Below are positions 27,078-37,739 of a stretch of 55,873 nt of DNA, piece by piece. The position numbers were made by a program, and so were the translations under genes. Each line of letters opens with the position of its first letter. Within the stretch, counting starts at the first letter, position 1. Below the pieces are notes generated by a model. That model was given only the letters and a program-made list of their open reading frames with translations, was not told where the DNA came from and searched no databases. The stretch comes from Actinomycetes bacterium (GTDB taxonomy: Bacteria > Actinomycetota > Thermoleophilia > Gaiellales > Gaiellaceae), in the NCBI GenBank assembly GCA_025964535.1, contig JAOPYX010000095.1, forward strand, positions 1 through 55,873, written 5' to 3'.

Positions 27078-29461
27078 GCGAGCGCTTGCTGCACATGATC
27101 GGCAACGCCCACATCGACCCGGTGTGGCTGTGGCAGTGGCCCGAGGGCTATCAGGAGGTGCGCGCGACGTTCGTGTCTGCGCTCGACCGGATGGAGGAGT
27201 ACCCGGAGTTCGTCTTCACCTCCAACTCGGTGATGTTCTTCTCGTGGGTCGAGGAGCACGATCCAGAGCTCTTCGAGCGCATCCGCGGGCGCGTTGCCGA
27301 CGGGCGCTGGCAGGTCGTCGGAGGTTGGTGGCTCGAGCCGGATTGCAACATTCCCTCAGGGGAGTCGTTCGTACGCCAAGCGCTGTACGGGCAGCGCTAC
27401 CTGCACGACCGCTTCGGGATCACGTCGACGACCGGCGCGAACTTCGACTCGTTCGGGCACAACGCGACCATCCCGCAGCTGCTCCGCAGGAGCGGCATGG
27501 ACTCGTACGTGTTCCTGCGCCCGGGGCCCCATGAGCGGCCGCTGCCGGGGCCGGTCTTCTGGTGGCAGTCGCCCGACGGCTCGCGTGTGCTCGCGTACCG
27601 CATTCCCCACGAGTACTGCAGCCCGGGCGGCGATCTCGGCAATCAGGTCGACAAGTCGCTCGCGCAGCTGCCGGCCGACGAGCCCGAGCTGATGGTGTTC
27701 TACGGCGTCGGCAACCACGGCGGCGGGCCTACTCGCGCCAACCTCGACAGCATCAGGCGCCTCAACGGCACGGGGACGCTGCCGCGCCTCGAGTGCAGCT
27801 CGCCGCGTGCGTTCTTCGATCGGGCAAACGGTCGCGAGCTGTCCGTGGTGGAAGGCGAGCTGCTCCACCACAGCCCCGGCTGCTACTCGGCGCATTCCGG
27901 CATCAAGCGCTGGAACCGCCGAGCGGAGAACCTCTTGCAGCGTGCGGAGAAATGGGCGGCGGTCGCCGACGTCGTGGCCGGCCAGCCGTACCCGCTCGCA
28001 CAGCTCACCGATGCCTGGAAGCTGCTGCTCTTCAACCAGTTCCACGACACGCTCGCCGGGACGTCGATCGCGCCCGCCTACGAGGACGCCCGCGACCAGC
28101 TCGGCTATGCGTCCTCGGTTGCGGCGCTGACGTTCAACCGTGCGATCCAGTCCGTCGCGCGCCGGATCGACATTCCGTTCGAGGAGGCGACGTATCCGGT
28201 GGTCGTGTTCAACCCGCATCCATGGCCGGTGCAGGCCGATGCCGAGCTCGAGTTCGTCGGTTTCCCCAACGACGAGGCGCGACTCACCGATGACGAGGGT
28301 CGGGATGTGCCCGTGCAGCGCACGCGATCGCACGCCACGGTCAACGGGGCGCGCGGCCGCGTCGTCTTTCGCGCAGACCTGCCGCCGCTCGGATATCGCA
28401 CCTACCGGCTGCGTGCCGGCGGTGCTGCATCGCTCGAGCCGGTGGGGAGCACGGTGCTCGCGAACGAGCACGTGACATTCGAGGTCGACGCACGCAGCGG
28501 GCGGCCCACTCGGCTCGAGGTGAACGACGTGAATGTGCTGCGCGACGGGCCGCACGCGGTCGTCGTGCGCGACACCTCGGATACGTGGGGACATCGCGTG
28601 CGTGCATACGACGACGCGATCGGCGAGTTCGAATGCACGTCCGTCAGACTCGTCGAGCGCGGCCCGGTGCGCTCGATCGTGCGCGTCGAGAGCCGGTACG
28701 CCTCGTCGACGCTCGTCGAGGAGTACGTGTTGTCGAGCGGGTCCCGTCACGTCGACGTCCGTGTCACCGTGGACTGGCGCGAGCAGCTGAAGTTGCTGAA
28801 GCTGCGCTTTCCGACCGCATGCGAGGAGCCGGACGCGACGTTCGAGATTCCGTACGGCAACGTCGTGCGGGCGGCGGACGGCGACGAGGAGCCCGCGCAG
28901 GCGTGGGTGGACGTCTCCGGTCCCACCGCCGGCTTGTCCGTGTGCAACGACGCGAAGTACGGCCACGACGTCAAGGACGGTGACATCGGCGTCACTGCGC
29001 TGCGCAGTCCCGCGTACGCGTGGCACGAGCCGAAGGAGCTCGACGAGAACGGCATCTACGACTACCTCGACCAGGGGCGGCAGGAGTTCACGTTGCGGCT
29101 CGTTCCGCACGAGGGCGACTGGCGCGCGGCCGGCACGGTGCGGCTGGCGGCGGAGCTGAACCAGCCCGTCTTCCCGTTGCTCGAGTCGTTCCATGCCGGC
29201 CCGCTGCCTCCGTCGACCTCGTTCGTCTCCGAGGGGGACGGCTCCGTGATCGTCACGGTGCTGAAGCGCGCGGAGGACGATGACGGCGATCTCGTCGTGC
29301 GCGCGTACGAGAGTGCCGGGCGGGCGACCAGCGCCACCATCGAGCTCCCGTTCCTCGACCGGAGGATCGACGCCGACTTCGGCGCCACCGAGATCAAGAC
29401 GTTCCGCGTCCCGCGCGACGGCGGCCCCATCGTGGAGACGAGCCTGCTCGAGTGGGGATGA
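27074..29461 (+). CDS. GH38 alpha-mannosidase (795 aa)
   Basis: TTG 27074 (TTGA overlap, GGGGAGG 5 nt upstream), or ATG 27095. IGNAHIDPVWLWQWPEG, GGWWLEPDCNIPSGES, FDSFGH and QFHDTLAGTS. Confidence 0.9.
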   Translation: MSERLLHMIGNAHIDPVWLWQWPEGYQEVRATFVSALDRMEEYPEFVFTSNSVMFFSWVEEHDPELFERIRGRVADGRWQVVGGWWLEPDCNIPSGESFVRQALYGQRYLHDRFGITSTTGANFDSFGHNATIPQLLRRSGMDSYVFLRPGPHERPLPGPVFWWQSPDGSRVLAYRIPHEYCSPGGDLGNQVDKSLAQLPADEPELMVFYGVGNHGGGPTRANLDSIRRLNGTGTLPRLECSSPRAFFDRANGRELSVVEGELLHHSPGCYSAHSGIKRWNRRAENLLQRAEKWAAVADVVAGQPYPLAQLTDAWKLLLFNQFHDTLAGTSIAPAYEDARDQLGYASSVAALTFNRAIQSVARRIDIPFEEATYPVVVFNPHPWPVQADAELEFVGFPNDEARLTDDEGRDVPVQRTRSHATVNGARGRVVFRADLPPLGYRTYRLRAGGAASLEPVGSTVLANEHVTFEVDARSGRPTRLEVNDVNVLRDGPHAVVVRDTSDTWGHRVRAYDDAIGEFECTSVRLVERGPVRSIVRVESRYASSTLVEEYVLSSGSRHVDVRVTVDWREQLKLLKLRFPTACEEPDATFEIPYGNVVRAADGDEEPAQAWVDVSGPTAGLSVCNDAKYGHDVKDGDIGVTALRSPAYAWHEPKELDENGIYDYLDQGRQEFTLRLVPHEGDWRAAGTVRLAAELNQPVFPLLESFHAGPLPPSTSFVSEGDGSVIVTVLKRAEDDDGDLVVRAYESAGRATSATIELPFLDRRIDADFGATEIKTFRVPRDGGPIVETSLLEWG

Positions 29462-31776
29462 GCGTGCTCGAGCGCAGCGAGTGGCAGCTGCGCGGCTGTC
29501 TAGGTCGCGAATGGGAGTGGCATACCGGCCCGGACAAGGCGTGGGACGCTCCCGGATGGCTGCCCGCCCGCGTCCCCGGCAGCGTTCTCGACGACCTGAT
29601 GCGCGCGGGCGAGGTCGCCGATCTGTACCACCAGCGCAACAGCCGTCTTGCCGAGTGGGTACCGGAGCGTGCGTGGGTCTACCGGACGCGCTTCGCGGTG
29701 CCTGCCGAGACGCCGCTGCTGCGCTTCGGGGGCGTCGACTTCGCGTGCACGGTGCTGGTCGACGGACGGGAGCTCGCGCGGCACGAGGGCATGTTCCGGC
29801 CGTTCGAGGTCGACGTGAGCGAGTACGCGGACGGGGCCGAGCATCTGCTCGCGGTCGTCGTCCATCCAGCTCCCGCAAGCGAGTCACAGGTCGGAGACAC
29901 GAGTCGCGTGCGCGTGCACAAGCCGCGCATGGGCTACGGCTGGGATTTCTGCCCGCGCCTCGTGCACCAGGGGATCTGGCGCCCGGTGCGGCTCGTGAGC
30001 CGCGATGCGCGCGACGTCCAGCCGCAGGTCACGCTCGAGGACGGCATCGGCGTGGTGCGGGCCGGAGGCGAGCTCGAGCTCCTCGACGGCGATCGTGTCG
30101 TCGCGACCGGAGCCGGAGAGCTGCGCGTCGAGTCGCCCGAGCTCTGGTGGCCGAACGGGCTGGGGCGGCAACACCTCTACACGCTTCGCGCCGCAGGGAA
30201 AGAGTTACGCATCGGCTTTCGCACGGCGGAGCTCATCCAGAACGACGGCGCGGCGGAAGGATCGCTGCCGTACACGCTCGTCGTCAACGGCGAGCGCGCC
30301 TACATCACCGGCTGGAACTGGACGCCGATCGATCCGCTCTACGGCGTCCCGCGACCGGAGAAGCTCGCACACCTGCTCGAGCTCACGGCGCGAGCGAACG
30401 TCAACCTGCTGCGCGTCTGGGGCGGCGGCCTGATCGAGACAGACGAGTTCTACGAGCACTGTGATCGGCTCGGCCTGCTCGTATGGCAGGAGTTCTCGCT
30501 GTCGAGCTCCGGGATGAACAGCGTGCCCGCTGACGACGACGCGTTCGTCCGCACGATGATCGACGAGGCGCGCGCGATCGTGCCCGCGAAGAGGCATCAT
30601 CCCTCACTCGCGGTCTGGTGCGGCGGCAACGAGCTGGCGCGGAGCGACCCTGCACGCGACGACGTTCCACTCGACGACGCGCATCCCGTGCTCGGTGCGC
30701 TCCGATCGGTCGTGCGCGAGCTCGATCCTGACCGTGCATGGCTGCCGACGTCGCCGTCAGGCCCGCGGTTCCTCAATCGGCTCGACGTGATTGCAGAGGA
30801 TCCGCGCGGCCAGCACGACGTGCACGGGCCATGGGAGCACCAGGGTCTTCGGCGGCACTACGAGCTCTACGACGCGGGCACCGCGCAGTTGCACAGCGAG
30901 TTCGGTGTCGAAGGGATGACGAACCGTCGGGCGCTCGAAGCGTTGATCGAGCCGGAGCACCGCTGGCCCGCCGATCGCTCGAATCCGATCTACGAGCATC
31001 TCGGCGCCTGGTGGAACAACGCGCCGCTCGTGCAGGAGTGCTTCGGCGGCCGCATCGCCGACCTCGACACGCTGCGGCGGGCGAGCCAGCAGCTCCAGTA
31101 CGACGGCCTGCGCTACGCCGTCGAGGCCGGCCGCCGGCGTGCGTTCCGCTCGAGCGGAACGATTCCCTGGCAGTTCAACGAGTCGTATCCCAATGCGTGG
31201 TGCACGGCGGCGGTCGATCACCGCGGCGACCCGAAGCCCGCCTATTGGGGCGTCAAGCGCGCGTACCGCGGCAGTCATGCGTGCGCGGCGTTCGCGACCT
31301 GCGCCTGGGGTGGCGAGCACGACGTGCGCGCACGCGTTCATGCCTGGGGAGACGCGCCACCCACCGCGCGAATCGTCGACCTGTACGGGACGGCCCTTGC
31401 GAGCGGCGACGGCGAGGTGAGTGTCGAGCTCGATCTGATCGGCACCGACGTCTTCTTCCTCGACCTCGATGTGAACCGCTACGTGATGACGCGCACGTCC
31501 GACCTCGCGCCGCTGCTCGATCTGCCGGCCGCGACCGTCGACGCCGAGCTCTCCGGATCGACGCTCACGTTGCGCAATACGGGTGCGGTCGCCGCGATCG
31601 GTCTCGTGCTCGAGGACGCGCGCCCAGTCGACACGCCCGGCTGGCTGACACTCTCCGACAACGTGATCGATCTGCTTCCGGGCGAGTCGCGCGAGCTCAC
31701 AGTCGGCTGGCGCGACGGCGAGCGGGGCCCGGTGCTCGTCGAGGGGTGGAACGTGGAGGACAGGCATGTCGCATGA
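29458..31776 (+). CDS. GH2 beta-mannosidase-like glycoside hydrolase
   Basis: ATGA overlap. ARVPGSVLDDL, WVYRTRF, the sugar-binding domain, NLLRVWGGGLIETDEFYEHCDRLGLLVWQEF and the CGGNE acid/base motif. Confidence 0.85.
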   Translation: MSVLERSEWQLRGCLGREWEWHTGPDKAWDAPGWLPARVPGSVLDDLMRAGEVADLYHQRNSRLAEWVPERAWVYRTRFAVPAETPLLRFGGVDFACTVLVDGRELARHEGMFRPFEVDVSEYADGAEHLLAVVVHPAPASESQVGDTSRVRVHKPRMGYGWDFCPRLVHQGIWRPVRLVSRDARDVQPQVTLEDGIGVVRAGGELELLDGDRVVATGAGELRVESPELWWPNGLGRQHLYTLRAAGKELRIGFRTAELIQNDGAAEGSLPYTLVVNGERAYITGWNWTPIDPLYGVPRPEKLAHLLELTARANVNLLRVWGGGLIETDEFYEHCDRLGLLVWQEFSLSSSGMNSVPADDDAFVRTMIDEARAIVPAKRHHPSLAVWCGGNELARSDPARDDVPLDDAHPVLGALRSVVRELDPDRAWLPTSPSGPRFLNRLDVIAEDPRGQHDVHGPWEHQGLRRHYELYDAGTAQLHSEFGVEGMTNRRALEALIEPEHRWPADRSNPIYEHLGAWWNNAPLVQECFGGRIADLDTLRRASQQLQYDGLRYAVEAGRRRAFRSSGTIPWQFNESYPNAWCTAAVDHRGDPKPAYWGVKRAYRGSHACAAFATCAWGGEHDVRARVHAWGDAPPTARIVDLYGTALASGDGEVSVELDLIGTDVFFLDLDVNRYVMTRTSDLAPLLDLPAATVDAELSGSTLTLRNTGAVAAIGLVLEDARPVDTPGWLTLSDNVIDLLPGESRELTVGWRDGERGPVLVEGWNVEDRHVA

Positions 31777-33484
31777 GCTCTCGCTCAGCGCGCTCTACGC
31801 CGACGGCACGCCGTGCCCCTTCTTCGAGCTGGAGCTGAACGAAGGTGGCGCGACCGCGACCTGCACGGCGGCCGAGCCGCTGGAGGCGGGAATTCGCGTC
31901 GAGCTCGCGCTGGCGCCAACGGACGATCCACGCTGGCTCGTCCCCGGCGTCTTCTACGGCGAGAACCGCGTCAAGGCCGGCACGCGCATCTATCCGCGGT
32001 TCACCCCGGGTCACGTCGATGTCGAGCGGATGGAGTCGGACGCCTGGTCCTTCCGGGCCGACCGGTGCGCGACGCCGGCCGTGTTCGCCGCCGCCGGCGC
32101 GCTCGTCACGACCGAGGAGAGCCCGCTCGGGCAATCGGGCGTCGGCTTCGCGTACGTCGACGGGCGGCCGCTGTTGCGGCTGCACTTCCCCTACCGCGAG
32201 GAGCCGCTGCGCTACGACGGCACCGAGGCGCCTGCGCCGCCGGATGTCAGGACGTACCGGTGGTCGCCCGGCGAGCGAATCCAGGTGGCGTTCACGGTCC
32301 ACGAGTCGGACGACCGCGTCGCGATCCTGCGTGGCGTCCTGCGGCCCTTCGAGGACCCGGGCTGGGTGGACTTCGAGCAGGCGGCCGAGCTCGCGGCCTG
32401 GGGCCTGTACCGATGGCACTACCGCGCCGACCCGCCTCGCCTGATGGAGACCGCGGCGTTCGACCTCGCGGCACACGGCGAGCGCGACAACATGCACGTC
32501 TCGTGGGTGAGCGGCGCCCCCTACGCGTACGCGTTGCTGCGCCACGGGCTGCGCGTAGGCAACGACGCCTACGTCGACGCGGGCTCGGCGGTGCTCGACC
32601 ACATCGCCGCGAATCTCACGCCGGGTGGCACGTTCTGGGCGCAGTGGACATCCGAGAAGGGATGGACGACTGGATGGCACCCGGATCGCACGCGGTTGCA
32701 CGCCCGCACGCTCGCCGACGCGGCACTCTTCCTGCTGCGCGCCGCACGTCTGACTGGTCGTGCGGAGTGGGCGGCCGCGGTCGACTCGAACCTCGACGTC
32801 GCGTGCCAGACACAGCGCGAGGACGGTGCGTTTCCCGACGCGCATCGCGTCGAGACGGGTGAGGCGGTCTCATGGGACGGGACGGCCGGCATGGCCTGGA
32901 TCCCGGCGCTCGTCGAGGCGGGTCGGATCGAGGAAGCCCGCCGCGCAGGCGAGTACTACACGCGCTTCGATGCGTGGCACGGCGCGCCGGAGGACGTCGA
33001 CCTCGCGCCGACGTCGGAGGACGGCTACGCGGCGGTAATGGCGTTCGTCACGCTCGAGGACTGGGAGACCGCGCGCCGTGCGGCGGATTGGATGCTCACG
33101 TTTCGCTACACATACGACGTCGCGTTCTCGCCGCAGACGTTCCTCGGGGCGTACGGCTTCCGAACGCGCGGCGCCGACCAGGCGTCGCCGGTGAACCAGC
33201 ACCTGCACAACTTCGGCCTCGTCTGCTTGCCTGAGATGGTGCGTCTCGCACGGGCGACGGGCGACGTCCACTACCTCGAGACCACGCGCGAGAACCTCGC
33301 GTGCTTCCGGCAGTTCATCGCACGCGAGGACGGCGACTTCAACGCGTACCGCGGCATGGTCGCCGAGCGCTACTTCCAGACCGACTACATCGAAGCGAAG
33401 GGCATGCTCGGCATGCTGTCGCACGCCTGGTGCATCGGCGTGTTGCTCGACGCCTGCGAGCACGCATTGGAGTTGGGCCTGTGA
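31766..33484 (+). CDS. conserved-looking protein of unknown function inside the glycosidase run (possible alpha/alpha-barrel C-terminal half)
   Basis: 572-aa ORF coupled to both neighbours by overlaps. Coding-like composition and no signal peptide. The N-terminal half is beta-rich and the C-terminal half helical, with periodic W/Y/D/E. No family recognised by eye. Confidence 0.6.
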   Translation: MSHELSLSALYADGTPCPFFELELNEGGATATCTAAEPLEAGIRVELALAPTDDPRWLVPGVFYGENRVKAGTRIYPRFTPGHVDVERMESDAWSFRADRCATPAVFAAAGALVTTEESPLGQSGVGFAYVDGRPLLRLHFPYREEPLRYDGTEAPAPPDVRTYRWSPGERIQVAFTVHESDDRVAILRGVLRPFEDPGWVDFEQAAELAAWGLYRWHYRADPPRLMETAAFDLAAHGERDNMHVSWVSGAPYAYALLRHGLRVGNDAYVDAGSAVLDHIAANLTPGGTFWAQWTSEKGWTTGWHPDRTRLHARTLADAALFLLRAARLTGRAEWAAAVDSNLDVACQTQREDGAFPDAHRVETGEAVSWDGTAGMAWIPALVEAGRIEEARRAGEYYTRFDAWHGAPEDVDLAPTSEDGYAAVMAFVTLEDWETARRAADWMLTFRYTYDVAFSPQTFLGAYGFRTRGADQASPVNQHLHNFGLVCLPEMVRLARATGDVHYLETTRENLACFRQFIAREDGDFNAYRGMVAERYFQTDYIEAKGMLGMLSHAWCIGVLLDACEHALELGL

Positions 33485-34806
33485 GGCGCTTTCCGGATGG
33501 CTTCCTGTGGGGCGTCTCGACGTCCGCGTACCAGGTCGAGGGCGCCGTCGACGTCGATGGGCGCGGTCGCTCGATCTGGGACACCTTCTCGCACACGCCG
33601 GGGAAGGTCGAGAACGGCGACACGGGTGACGTCGCGTGCGATCACTACCAGCGGCTCGAGAGCGATCTCGATCTGCTGCCCGAGCTCGGCGTCAACGCCT
33701 ATCGCTTTTCCATCGCCTGGCCGCGGCTCTTCCCGGACGGCCGCGGGCGCGTAGAGCGCCGCGGACTCGACCACTACGACCGACTGATCGACGGCCTGCT
33801 CGAGCGCGGCGTCGAGCCGGTCGTGACGCTGTATCACTGGGACCTGCCGCAGGCGCTCGAGGACGAGGGCGGCTGGCTCTCGCGCGACACGGTCGAGGCT
33901 TTCGCGGAGTACACGGCCACGTGCTTCGCCGCGTACGGCGACCGCGTCCGCTGGTGGGTGACGCAGAACGAGCCGTGGATCATCGGCGTCCTCGGCTATC
34001 AGCTCGGCATCCACGCTCCCGGGATGACCGACTTGCGCGCGTCGGTCGAGGCGATGCACAACGTGCTGCTCGCGCACGGACGCGCCGTCCAGGAGCTGCG
34101 GGCCGGTGGGACGGGCGGCAAGGTCGGGGCGGCGTTCAGCCTCTTCCCGAACTATCCGGCGACCGACACCGACGCCGACCGCGACGCTGCGCGACTCTCC
34201 GGGGAGTACGTCAACCGCTGGTTCCTCGACCCCGTGTTGAAGGGGTCGTACCCGGACGACATGCGCGCGCTCTACGAGGAGCGCGTCGGCCCGCTCCAGC
34301 TGGACGGTCTCGACACCATCGCAACGCCGAGCGACTTCGTCGGCGTCAACTACTACACCCGCCGCGTGATGCGCGCCGCGCCCGGGCGCGAACCGTTTCC
34401 GTGGGATGTGGAGCCTGCCAGGCCGGGTGTCCCGGTCACCGACGTCGGCTGGGAGATCGTTCCCGAGTGCCTCACCGACCTGCTCATGACGCTCAAGCAG
34501 GAGTACGGGGACGTGCCGGTGTTGATTCTCGAGAACGGCGGCGTCTTCGAGGACGCGGTGCACGACGAGGGGCGCATCGATCTGATCCGCGGTCACCTTG
34601 CCGCGGTGCGCGACGCGATCGAGCAGGGCGTCGACGTGCGCGGCTACTGCCACTGGTCGCTGATGGACAACTTCGAGTGGGCGATGGGCTATCGCGCACG
34701 CTTCGGCCTCGTGCACGTCGACTACGAGACGCAAGCACGGACTGTGAAGGACAGCGGGCGCTATTACGCGCAAGTCGCTCGCGCCAACGGACTGGAGGAC
34801 GAATGA
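33481..34806 (+). CDS. GH1 beta-glucosidase
   Basis: GTGA overlap. FPDGFLWGVSTSAYQVEGA, YRFSIAWPRL, acid/base TQNEP and nucleophile ILENG motifs. Confidence 0.92.
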   Translation: MRRFPDGFLWGVSTSAYQVEGAVDVDGRGRSIWDTFSHTPGKVENGDTGDVACDHYQRLESDLDLLPELGVNAYRFSIAWPRLFPDGRGRVERRGLDHYDRLIDGLLERGVEPVVTLYHWDLPQALEDEGGWLSRDTVEAFAEYTATCFAAYGDRVRWWVTQNEPWIIGVLGYQLGIHAPGMTDLRASVEAMHNVLLAHGRAVQELRAGGTGGKVGAAFSLFPNYPATDTDADRDAARLSGEYVNRWFLDPVLKGSYPDDMRALYEERVGPLQLDGLDTIATPSDFVGVNYYTRRVMRAAPGREPFPWDVEPARPGVPVTDVGWEIVPECLTDLLMTLKQEYGDVPVLILENGGVFEDAVHDEGRIDLIRGHLAAVRDAIEQGVDVRGYCHWSLMDNFEWAMGYRARFGLVHVDYETQARTVKDSGRYYAQVARANGLEDE

Positions 34807-36059
34807 AGCTCGCCGTGATCGGCGCCGGCTCGACGTACACCCCGGAGCTCGTCGACGGATTGATCCGCATGCGCGACCTACTGCCGCTCGACGCGCTCGC
34901 GCTGCACGACGTCGACGAGACCCGGCTCGGCACCCTCGCCGGAATGACGCAGCGGATGCTCGACCGCGGGGGTCATCCCGCCGAGCTCGCAGCCACGACG
35001 TCGCTCGACGAGGCGATCGAAGGTGCCGAAGCCGTGCTGATCCAGATCCGCGTCGGCGGGCAGGCCGTCCGGATCGTCGACGAGTCGGTGCCTCTCGGCT
35101 GCGGATGCCTCGGCCAGGAGACGACGGGCTACGGCGGTCTTGCGAAGGCCCTGCGCACGGTGCCCGTCGTGCTCGACATCGCCGAGCGCGTGCGCGAGCG
35201 CGCGCCGAACGCATGGATCGTCGATTTCACCAACCCCGTCGGCATCGTGACGAAGGCACTCCTCGACGCGGGCCATCGCGCGATCGGGTTGTGCAGCGCC
35301 GCGATGGTCTTCCAGCGCCACTTCGCGAAGGTGCTCGACGTGGCGCCCGAGCGGCTCGAGCTCGACCACGCCGGTCTGAATCACCTGACGTGGGAGATCG
35401 GCGTTCGCCTCGACGGCCGCGACGTGCTGCGGGAGCTGACGCACGAGCACGTCGCGCGCGTCGCGCCCGCTACCGGCCTGCCGCCCGAGCTCGTGGAGCG
35501 GCTCGGGGTCGTCCCGTCCTATTACCTCCACTATTTCTACGAGCACGACCGCGTCGTCGAGCATCAGCGTGCGCATGCGTCGCGCGCCGAGGAGGTCGCC
35601 TCGATCGAGCGCGAGCTGCTCGAGCTCTACGCCGACGAGTCGGTCGCCGAGAAGCCGGAGCTGCTCGGCCGCCGGGGCGGCGCGTTCTACTCGGAGGCCG
35701 CAGTCGAGCTGCTCGCAAGCCTGTTCGGGCGCGGTGAGAACATGCGGCACGTCGTCAACATGCGCAATCGCGGCACCTTCCCGTTCCTCGCCGACGACGC
35801 CGTGATCGAGGTGCCCGCGCGCGTCGAACCGAGCGGCGTGACTGCCGCCGCGCTGCCTCCCCTCGACCCGCAGTACCGCGGGCTTGTCTCGCACGTGTCG
35901 GCCTATGAAGACCTCGCGCTCGACGCCGCGCTGCACGGCGGCCGCGAGCGGGTCTTCCGCGCGCTGCTCGCGCACCCGCTCGTAGGGCAGCTCGACGTTG
36001 CGGAGAAGCTCACCGACGCGATGCTCGACGCGAACCGCGACTACCTGACATGGGCCTGA
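34803..36059 (+). CDS. GH4 NAD/Mn-dependent 6-phospho-glycosidase (CelF/ChbF-like)
   Basis: ATGA overlap. KLAVIGAGSTYTPELV Rossmann start, FTNPVGIVT, GLCSAA and GLNHLTW motifs of family 4. Confidence 0.88.
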   Translation: MKLAVIGAGSTYTPELVDGLIRMRDLLPLDALALHDVDETRLGTLAGMTQRMLDRGGHPAELAATTSLDEAIEGAEAVLIQIRVGGQAVRIVDESVPLGCGCLGQETTGYGGLAKALRTVPVVLDIAERVRERAPNAWIVDFTNPVGIVTKALLDAGHRAIGLCSAAMVFQRHFAKVLDVAPERLELDHAGLNHLTWEIGVRLDGRDVLRELTHEHVARVAPATGLPPELVERLGVVPSYYLHYFYEHDRVVEHQRAHASRAEEVASIERELLELYADESVAEKPELLGRRGGAFYSEAAVELLASLFGRGENMRHVVNMRNRGTFPFLADDAVIEVPARVEPSGVTAAALPPLDPQYRGLVSHVSAYEDLALDAALHGGRERVFRALLAHPLVGQLDVAEKLTDAMLDANRDYLTWA

Positions 36060-37027
36060 TCCTCGGCGTCGACGGCGGCAACTCGAAGACGGAGTTGTTG
36101 GTGGCCACGACGGACGGCGAGCCCGTCGCATATCTACGCGGCGCGGGGACGAACTCCCACGGCGTCGGCGTGCAAGGGGTCGTCGTCGTGGTCGGCCGGA
36201 TGCTCGAGCACGCGCGGATCGAGGAGCGTCCCGGGCACGGCGTCTTCTTTCTCTGCGGCGCCGACGTCCCGTCGGACATCGCCGAGCTGGCCGAGGCGGT
36301 CGAACGCGCAGGCTGGGTCGGCGAAGCACGCGTCGACAACGACACATTCGCACTCCTGCGTGCGGGCTCGGACGCAGCGGACGCCGTCGCCGTCGTCTGC
36401 GGTGCCGGCATCAACTGTGTCGGGCGCGCTGCTGATGGGCGCATCGCGCGCTACCCCGGACTCGGCTGGGAGACCGGGGACTGGGGCGGCAGCGAGATGC
36501 TCGGGCGTGACGCGCTCTTCCACGCTGCGCGTGCGGAGGACGGCCGCGGCGATGCGACGGTCCTCGCCGACGCCCTACGAGCTCATTTCGGCATCGACGT
36601 CGCCGCGCTCGGCGAGGACATCCACTACAAGCGACTGCGCAGCGAGCGGCTCGGTGAGATCGCCCCCGCCGTGCTCGACGCAGCCGAGCGAGGCGACACC
36701 GTCGCGTGCCAGCTCGTCGGTCGCCTCGCGGAAGAGATCGCGCTGCTCGCCGTGCGCGGGCTTCGCGATCTCGGTCTCCTCGAGCGGCCGTCCGACACGG
36801 TGCTCGGCGGCGGGATGCTCGGCGAGCGATGCGGCGTGCTGGTCGGCGAGGTCGTCGCGCGTCTCGAGCGGCGTGCACCGCAGACGCGGCCCGTGCTCGC
36901 TCCCGCGCGGCCGGTGCTCGGGTCGGCACTCGCCGCACTCGACGCCGCCGGTGTCCCGCTCGCGGCGCACGAGCATCTGCGCGAGCGCTTCGCCGGGATG
37001 CGTGTCGAGGACGTTCGTGAGCGTTGA
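36050..37027 (+). CDS. BadF/BadG/BcrA/BcrD-type ATPase, N-acetylglucosamine-kinase-like
   Basis: ILGVDGGNSKTELLV, CGAGINC and VLGGGM motifs of the ASKHA BadF-type kinase family. Confidence 0.8.
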   Translation: MGLILGVDGGNSKTELLVATTDGEPVAYLRGAGTNSHGVGVQGVVVVVGRMLEHARIEERPGHGVFFLCGADVPSDIAELAEAVERAGWVGEARVDNDTFALLRAGSDAADAVAVVCGAGINCVGRAADGRIARYPGLGWETGDWGGSEMLGRDALFHAARAEDGRGDATVLADALRAHFGIDVAALGEDIHYKRLRSERLGEIAPAVLDAAERGDTVACQLVGRLAEEIALLAVRGLRDLGLLERPSDTVLGGGMLGERCGVLVGEVVARLERRAPQTRPVLAPARPVLGSALAALDAAGVPLAAHEHLRERFAGMRVEDVRER

Positions 37028-37739
37028 GGTCTTGGCCGACTCTGCGGAGATCGGCTCCGCGCTGGCGGCCGAGATCCTCGAGCTCTACACACAGCGGGGC
37101 GGAAGCCGATTCTTGCTCGGCTGCCCCGGCGGCCGCAGCCTCCGCACGACCTACGCGGCGCTCGCTGCCTCCGGCGCCGATCTGCGAGATCTGGTGGTGG
37201 TGATGATGGACGAGTACGTCGTCGAAGGCGCGTTGCCGGCCGCCGATGCGCACTACAGCTGCGCGGGCTTCGCCCAGCGCGAGATCGCCGGGCCGCTCGG
37301 CGTGCCTGCCGAGCACGTCTGGCTCCCCGACCCGGCGGAGCCGGAGGCGTACGACGCGCGTATCGCAGAGGCAGGCGGCGTCGATCTCTTCCTGCTTGCG
37401 TCCGGTGCGTCCGACGGCCACGTGGCGTTCCTGCCTCCGCATTCTCCGCGCGACGGCAAGACGGCTGTCATCGAGCTCGCAGAGAGCACGCGTCGCGACA
37501 ACGTCGCGACCTTTCCGGAGTTCCGCTCGTTCGAGGAGGTGCCGCGGCACGGCGTCTCGGTCGGCGTGGGAACGATCCTTGCGGCGCGCCGGCTGCGCCT
37601 CGTCCTGCACGGCGCCGGCAAGCGCGATGCCGTGGGACGGCTGCTCGCGCTCGACGACTTCGACCCGGCCTGGCCGGCGAGCCTCGTCTATGCGCACACG
37701 GACTCACGAATACTCGTCGACAAGGAGGCTCTGCCGTGA
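37017..37739 (+). CDS. NagB/6-phosphogluconolactonase-family sugar-phosphate deaminase/isomerase
   Basis: GTG 37017 (alternative TTG 37032). LLGCPGGRS, MMDEYV and SGASDGHVAFLPP correspond to the GxxTGxTP, DER/DEY and GxDGHxAxxxP motifs. Confidence 0.7.
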   Translation: MSVEVLADSAEIGSALAAEILELYTQRGGSRFLLGCPGGRSLRTTYAALAASGADLRDLVVVMMDEYVVEGALPAADAHYSCAGFAQREIAGPLGVPAEHVWLPDPAEPEAYDARIAEAGGVDLFLLASGASDGHVAFLPPHSPRDGKTAVIELAESTRRDNVATFPEFRSFEEVPRHGVSVGVGTILAARRLRLVLHGAGKRDAVGRLLALDDFDPAWPASLVYAHTDSRILVDKEALP

